Source: the human T2T-CHM13v2.0 reference genome, Homo sapiens. Taken from it: a stretch of DNA of 64,000 nt. Shown here one piece after another: positions 56,941 to 64,000 of the stretch. Made by a program: the position numbers and the translations under genes. The stretch lies in the NCBI RefSeq assembly GCF_009914755.1, contig NC_060927.1. One strand, given 5' to 3'. Each line of letters opens with the position of its first letter. Within the stretch, counting starts at the first letter, position 1. The notes below the pieces were generated by a model that was not told the DNA's origin, did not search any database, and saw only the letters and a program-made list of their open reading frames with translations.

Positions 56941-57167
56941 GAGGGGTAAGCAGGGGGCCAGATTATACAAAGCCTTGATAAGAATTTTGGATTTTATTCC
57001 AAGTGCAACATGAAGTCACTAAAGTGTTGTGAAGAGAAAAAACATGGCTCAGTTAGCCTTTTAATAAGATCACTCTAGTTCCGTTGTGAAGAATGAATTG
57101 GTAATGGGTGTGAGGCAAGATAAGAAGTAGAAAGACCTGTCAGGTCTTTGTAGAAGATGGTGAACTG

Positions 57168-57482
<315 letters not shown>

Positions 57483-57502
57483 CTAGATTAAGGTAGTAGA
57501 AA

Positions 57503-57845
57503 TGAAGCCAAAGTGGGAGGATCACTTGAGGCCAAGAGTTCAAGACCAGCCTGGGCAATATAGCAAGCTCCTGACTCTCAAAAAAATTATTTTAAAAATT
57601 AGGCTGGCGGTGCACATCTGTAGTCCCTCTATTTCTCACCTTTTTTTATGATATTGTCACATTAATTTTGTAACTGAAAAAATTAGAAAGCATTATTAAT
57701 TAGATTACTTAGCATTTGCCTCTGTGCTAACTCCTGGGCTCAAGTGACCCTCGCACCTCAGCCTCAGGGCTGCAGTGAGCTATGTCACACCACTGCACTC
57801 CAGCCTGGGAAACAGAGCAAGACCCAATCTCAAAAAAAAAAAAAA
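57503..57845 (+). mobile_element. Rearranged AluJ (templated insertion plus 37-bp internal inversion)
   Basis: Right arm breaks at TGTAGTCCC (57627) and resumes GGCTGCAGTGAGC (~57768). Confidence 0.85.
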
Positions 57846-60139
57846 TAGACCAGAGGACACGGCAGGGTGCGGGGAAAATGAGACATCAGCAGTGGTGCCC
57901 AGAAGACTGGTTTTAGCTCCTGGGTGTAGCAGTAGCATTTACGGGAAGGGGAAAGGGAAGAAAAAATAGATTTGGGGGATAAAATGATGAATTTAGTAAA
58001 TTTAAATAACATGAGACTGCACCATATAATTTGCTTATAGAATCTCTCTCTCCAGGAAGACCTTTAAAGATGAGGAATATATGTTTCACCTTTGAAGTCT
58101 CAACACCCTGAACAATACAACATGTTGCAGACTAGGTATTTAGTGTTTGTTAAATGAACATCACAACTTTGCAAGTGGTTCATTCATTCCAGTATAATAA
58201 GATTCCAGTTATTGTGAAAAGCCATTTAAACTGTTTTCCTTACCAAGGAAAAGTTGATAGATGAGTAATTATTCTTTAACTTAAAAAGAGAATGAAAAAG
58301 TATGTGATTTTTTTAAAATTATTTTTTGTTTGTTTAGTTTTCTGTAAAGTAAAATAGCAGTTAAAAGCTAAAATGCGTGTATTTACATTCTTAGGCCTGC
58401 TACTGACCTTCTTCAAGTGATTTTACCTCCCAACGTTTCAGTTTCTCCATTTGCAGAAGGGAGATAATGGTGGTTGCCTTATCTCACAAGGATGTCATGA
58501 AAATAAGTCAGATAAATTGCTTTGCCCTCCTTGGAGAGGGGCTCTAGAAAGTAAGCATTATTAGATATGATGATGAATACCCACAACTTCAAAGATATTT
58601 TTAAATTGCCCCCCCTCCGCCCCCAAGTCTTTGAACATGTTAAGCCTATGAATAGCACTGGGGTAGGTGTTTATATATTTCTGGCAAGCTTTCACCTCTT
58701 GTTAAAGCAGTAAATGGTCTTTGAACAAACGTATTTCTCATTCTTTGATAACTATGCTTCCTTGTTTGTACACTTGAAAGATGATTATAATCTGGCATAT
58801 GAGGTCAAGTTGAACTCCTTGGTGCCATTACAGTTCAAATGTAGCTTTAATTGAGTTTTTCTTCCAAGGTTGAAAATAAGTCACCCAGTTCACTTTAGCA
58901 AACTACTCGCATTTTTTAAAAAGATTGTGGGGAATGTAACTGTTTTTGCAACTGATATGTATAATGTTTTTCATTTTAGTTATAATATCCTCATTGATCA
59001 TACAAAAAAGTCAGTATTTGTATTTCTTCATTATTGCATTTTTCTGTTTTCCTTAAATTGTTTTTAATAACTATAATTATGCCTTTTAACACTTATATAG
59101 ACAGCCATAGTACACACATAAATATCACCAAAGTGAAAACCTAGAGCCCCAAGACAAAAAAAAAAAAAAAAATGATAGTCAAACATCATCTAGAGAAAGA
59201 TTCTAGCTGCAGGTGTGCATCAAGTTCATAATTGGTGTTATTTTAAAAATTCACAAACCATTAGCACTTCCACCCTTCTCCATATATCTCTTAACTATAT
59301 ACCCAAGTCAAAACCACTTCCTGCCAGAGTAACTACAACATACCCATCAGAGCGCTGTAAAATCATTACTTGCAAAGTAAAGAGTAAGACAGACTTCTCC
59401 TCTCATTAATAATACCAGTTGCTGTCATATATATTACTCATATATTCTCCCCACAACCACCCTTCAAGGGAAGTCTTAGTACATCCGGTTGACACATGTG
59501 GAATGTAAAGTTGGGTGACTTATGCTAGATTCCCTCAGCTAGGTTAGAACAGGGTAAAAGTACAGGACCACAATAATATCCTTATTTCAATGTCTTCCTG
59601 TTTCCTTTTTATATCAAGGAAGAAATGAGAATTTGAGGCAACACAAATGAAGACCATATATACTTTGATACCTACCTAGGAGGGGAGATACAAACCAGAG
59701 TAAAGGAAAAATATGGGAAAAGTTGCCTCATTTCCACCTAGTGATGGTGGAACCCTTGGAACCCTCTTCACATCCCATAACGACTGACAGAATGGACACT
59801 GAAAAACAGGCCCACCCCTCAGGCAGAACCACTGGAAGAAATACCCTAACCCCTATACGTGAAGGATTAGCACTACTATTTTCAGAATATTATTAAAATT
59901 TAATTTTGAAACTTCTCTTTAGTGATATTCCCAGAAACCTATAACAGATACCACCAGTGTAAACTCCTCTCAAATACATTTATTTTGGGTAGGCCTCAAA
60001 CTGGTAGGATGGTCCAAACCCTCACCCTTCTAGAGAAAGCACTCAGGAATGCTTAAATTTGCCTAGGCCAAAGGTCGCAAATTAATAGCCTATAATAGAC
60101 CAGATTTTATCTCAAAACGTTTTTTTATTGGTGCATTGC

Positions 60140-60830
60140 AATGACTTCAGCTATCAACAACCTAAGCTAGGAGGTCCCCAGGCCATCCTTACATCTGACA
60201 AGCTGCCTACAAATTTAGGGGTTCCCACTACCCCTTCAAGTTTCATAATTCAGTAGAATGACTTAGAGAACTCAGGAAAGTGTTATTTCGGTTTTATTAC
60301 AGTTTTATCATAGCAAAAGGATGTTTATTATAGTTATTATTATGGTTTTATTATAGCAAAAGGATTCAAATCAAAACCAGCCAAAGGGAGAGACACATAG
60401 AGTGAGGTCTGGGAGGGTCCCAGAAAGAAGGTTCCATTGTCCCTCTCCTCATGTCCTCAGGGACACATTTTCCTCCTAGCACACTGAGTACTGCCAACCA
60501 CGGACGTTCATCCAAGCTTCAGTGTGTCCAGAGTTTTTATTGGGGCTTCATTACAGGCATGATTGGATGAATCACTAGTCATAAGGCTCAGACATGTGGC
60601 TCCAAGTCTCTCAAGAGGTCGGGCTAGTATCATGGGGCCCAAAGCCCCAACACTCTAATCACATGGCTGACCAACCCCCAGTCATGAGTCATCTCGTTAG
60701 TGTAAACTATTGGGTCTAGTCCAAGAGGCCTACCAAGAAAAGACACTCCCACCATTCTTGGTGAATTCCAAGGGTTTAGAGGCTACTTCCCAGGGTTCAG
60801 GAACAAAAGCCATCCAAATTCTTTACCATG
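60140..60830. mobile_element. ERV LTR (MER21-like)
   Basis: ACAAATTTAGGGGTTCCCACTACCCC, GAACTCAGGAAAG, TTATAGCAAAAGGAT and GAGTTTTTATTGGGGCTTCATTAC resemble MER21. Confidence 0.6.
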
Positions 60831-61700
60831 CACTTATATAATATTTAAATTTTATTTCAATTTAGCTACCAACATTCTATAATCAGTGGTGTTGACATAA
60901 AAATCTGAATTTTTGTCTTCTCTTGCAATACTGACAATTTTAGGCTCAATTTCTGTAAGATTGCTGCCTCCTTAAAAAGGGAAGCTCATTCTCCCTACCA
61001 TCTCTATAGTCTCCATTTTCTTATTCCCAGTGTGATTCACTTCTTTGTTTCCTTTCTGTCCACTGCAGACATTTAAATTTGCATATCCTGGGCTAATTCT
61101 TGGGTATTTTCGCTGTTTTTACTTCCATCACATATTATTACCTTAAAAGAATGAACATGAAGGAATGACAGTTACCTTTTGTCACTTCATTCTCATCTTA
61201 TTTAAAACCACTCCTCCCTTACACTTTGTATGACGGTGGGTGCATGTGTACACACGCTTGTGCCTGTGCCATCTATTTGTCTCTTAAGTCTCGAGCCAGG
61301 CTAACATGGAATTTTTGACTGCAGAACCAGGACAAGCTGAATTAAAACTCAATGTCATCCTCAGAGTCAAAACCCATAACCAACTCCAGACCTTACAAAG
61401 GAAGCCCCTCATTCTGAAGGACAAAAGAAAAAGCATGTTTCTCAGTATTTTTAAAGCTAATGCTTCCTTCATACGCATAAAATTCTCACATCCTTCATGT
61501 GAAATACAACCTAAGTAACAAAATAAAGAGAACAAGTATCGTCATTTGCAAACTTCATATACCCTTTCTCTCACTATACCCCTTTGAGAATCACTGGTTT
61601 AAATAATATAAAAGGCATGAAACAAGCCCTAAGTACCTCAGGAACCATGTGGACATCTGTAGTCTCTCTCAGATACAGCTGTCACATAGACCTTGAAGTA

Positions 61701-62318
61701 CAGTCAACCCTCAATATTCATAGATTCTGTATTTGTGGATTCACCTAGTCACCGAAATTGTTTATAATCTCAAAAGCAATACCTGCAGTGCTTTCATAGT
61801 CATTCATGGGCATGTGCAGAGCCCTGAAAAGTTTGATTTCCCCAACACATAGGTTCTCTTTTGCCTTTGTAGTCCAAAAAGGACACTATAAACAAGTGTC
61901 CTATTTCTGGTCTATTTAATGGCAAGTTTTTCACATTTGTATGCTTTTAGTTGGTGACTGTGCTGTTTAAAATGACCCCCAATCATAGTGCTTAAGTGCT
62001 GTCTAGCGTTCCTAAGCACAAGAAAGCTGTGATGTGTCTTACAGAAAAAAAATACTTGTGTTAGCCTTCATTCAGGCTTAAGTGATAGTGTTGTTGAATA
62101 TGAGTTCAGTGCTAATGAATCAACAACATACTTTAGGATGTCTTTAACAGAAACACACACAAGATTATGTATCGATTCTTTGACAAAAATGTTGTGACCG
62201 AATGTTCCCAGGAACCTAATCCCGTAATTCCTCTGGGAGCAATGGTTCAGTATTCACTAATCCAGTGTTCACAGAGGCTTCACAGAATGTAACTACTGCA
62301 AATAACTAGAATCAACTG
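61701..62318. mobile_element. Tigger-family MITE (MER82-like)
   Basis: TA|CAGTCAACCCTC ... GAATCAACTG|TA: imperfect TIRs with TA duplication. Confidence 0.75.
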
Positions 62319-63124
62319 TACTTGTAAAAAAGTGAAACACACACAGCACAAAATCACATCGAAGAGTATTAGGGCGGGAGTGGATGTGGGGTGGAAACCA
62401 AGGTTACAACCATTAAGGAGGTTATTTTATTTTAAACCAGAAAGTGACGATGGAGTTAATGCTAACCATCTGCCCCAGGTTAACCAACAAAGACTTAGGG
62501 TGCAATACAGTGAACAGAACACTGGACTAGAACTTGGGAAGCCTAGCTTCTGGTCACAACTCTGCAAAAAAATTAACTTAGGCAAGTAAATAACTTAGGC
62601 AAGTAACTAAAACCCCTCTCCGCAGCAGTTTCTTCATCTGCTAGAGTCACTCAAATCGGTGGCAGTAAGAAGTCACTTTTGCAATAATTATTATGTACAG
62701 AAAGTTTTCACATAAATTATCTCACTGGATGACCTGTATGGTCATCCAGGATGACTGGCCGTCTTTACTCTAGAATTATATAACTTAATCATTTTACCAA
62801 AAAGAAACAATATATTTAATGTTTATAATACTAAGAATTGTCCTTTGGACTGTTTGTAATAGACATGTCAGAGGGACGACTTCAAATATGAGCTAGAAAA
62901 CAACTATGGACTTATTTTTAAATTGAATGTATTAAATCACTGTTTTCTTTTTAAAAATGAAAGAAAAACATTCCCAGTCTGTGGCCATTCTTGCTTCACG
63001 GCCCTGCACCACCACAAATGTTGTAAATGTGGAGAAGCAAAAGTACCACTAGATGGAGTAAGAACAAAAGACATGCACTTGTCTGTAGTTCAAGGAGTCC
63101 CCGCCCTTGCAAAAGGGATCTTAG

Positions 63125-63409
63125 TCCCCGCACGGTGGCTCACGCCTGTAATCCCAGCACTTTGGGAGGCAGAAGCGGGCGGATCACCTGAGGTCAGGAG
63201 TTCGAGGCCAGCCTGCCCAACTTTACTGAAAATACAAAAAAATCAGCCGGGTATGGTGGTGTGTGCCTGTAAACCCAGCTACTTGGGAGGCTGAGAGAAA
63301 ATCGCTAGAAACCGAGGAGGCAGAGGTTGCAGTGAGCCAAGATGGGGACACTGCACTCCAGCTCTGGGTGACAGAGTGGGACTCCGTCTCAAAAGAAAGA
63401 GAAGAAAAA
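63125..63409 (+). mobile_element. AluSx-like with small deletions
   Basis: Sense Alu dimer. Confidence 0.92.
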
Positions 63410-63964
63410 GCGATCTTAGATCACCTTGAGTAAACTGAGGCTTACTGAAGCTGAGCTACTTCCTCAAGACTCTAGACAAGTTCTTGGCAAAATCATTCCT
63501 TACTTTTCCACAAAACCATGCTGATAGGAAAAATATTTTTCCTTATTTAGAGAACATTACCAGCAACAGTGGACTCTAGAGGTTTTTTTACATTTCTTAA
63601 TTCTAATAGTGCTAAGAAATGTATCTGCTAGACAATTCCAGGGGACCTACTTAGGTAATAGGTTAAAAAGCTACAAATATACATGTTCATAAATTTACTG
63701 ACATGGTCTTGACTTCTGACTTTCAATCATCAGGATTCAGGCTATCACCCTAAAGGTGGGCCTTTATATACACACCCCTGGCTGCTCTCTCTCTTGGCAA
63801 CTACCCCCAGATGATCCTAAGGAATTGAAGGTATGGATTTGGGACGGAATTACCTTGTCGTGATAAGTGGGCAGAATGGCCTGTTTGTTTCTTTCAACCT
63901 AGTGGGCCATTAGCTTATTTTCTTAAAGGAAATCAGAGCCAATTCTTGTGGGAGACTGCCGGCT

Positions 63965-63985
63965 GGGAGGGTTGGGGGTGGGGGG
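63965..63985 (+). other. G-quadruplex motif
   Basis: GGG-A-GGG-TT-GGGGG-T-GGGGGG: four G-tracts with 1-2 nt loops. Confidence 0.7.
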
Positions 63986-64000
63986 TGTGGAATAAATTTC

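Overview
Human (a human-specific AluYb8 is present) AT-rich, repeat-dense intergenic DNA. I can support no intact protein-coding gene: the long ORFs are all broken LINE-1 ORF2 pieces, Alu-derived frames or the SDHD retrocopy. Contents: a TSD-flanked SDHD processed pseudogene (9224-10527), a full-length U6/L1 chimeric retrocopy (19580-20244), a tailless 5' U6 fragment (12928-12968), four L1PA copies, older L1M copies, about 20 Alus, solo LTRs and Tigger-type MITEs. From recall only (unverified), the last ~0.6 kb matches the 3' flank of TERC, which would place the window at 3q26.2 between MECOM and TERC. I found no new gene system. The most notable signals are mutational. (1) A fixed multi-step template-switch rearrangement at 32.4-34.2 kb, built from inverted copies of three distant sites in this window, which created a ~0.8-kb-arm L1 inverted repeat. 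(2) Three neighbouring L1PA copies sharing inactivating mutations in incongruent patterns, consistent with gene conversion. (3) A second templated-insertion plus micro-inversion scar in an AluJ. (4) An SDHD pseudogene carrying the same 4-bp frameshift as a known pathogenic SDHD allele. Subfamily names and old-repeat boundaries are by eye and approximate.
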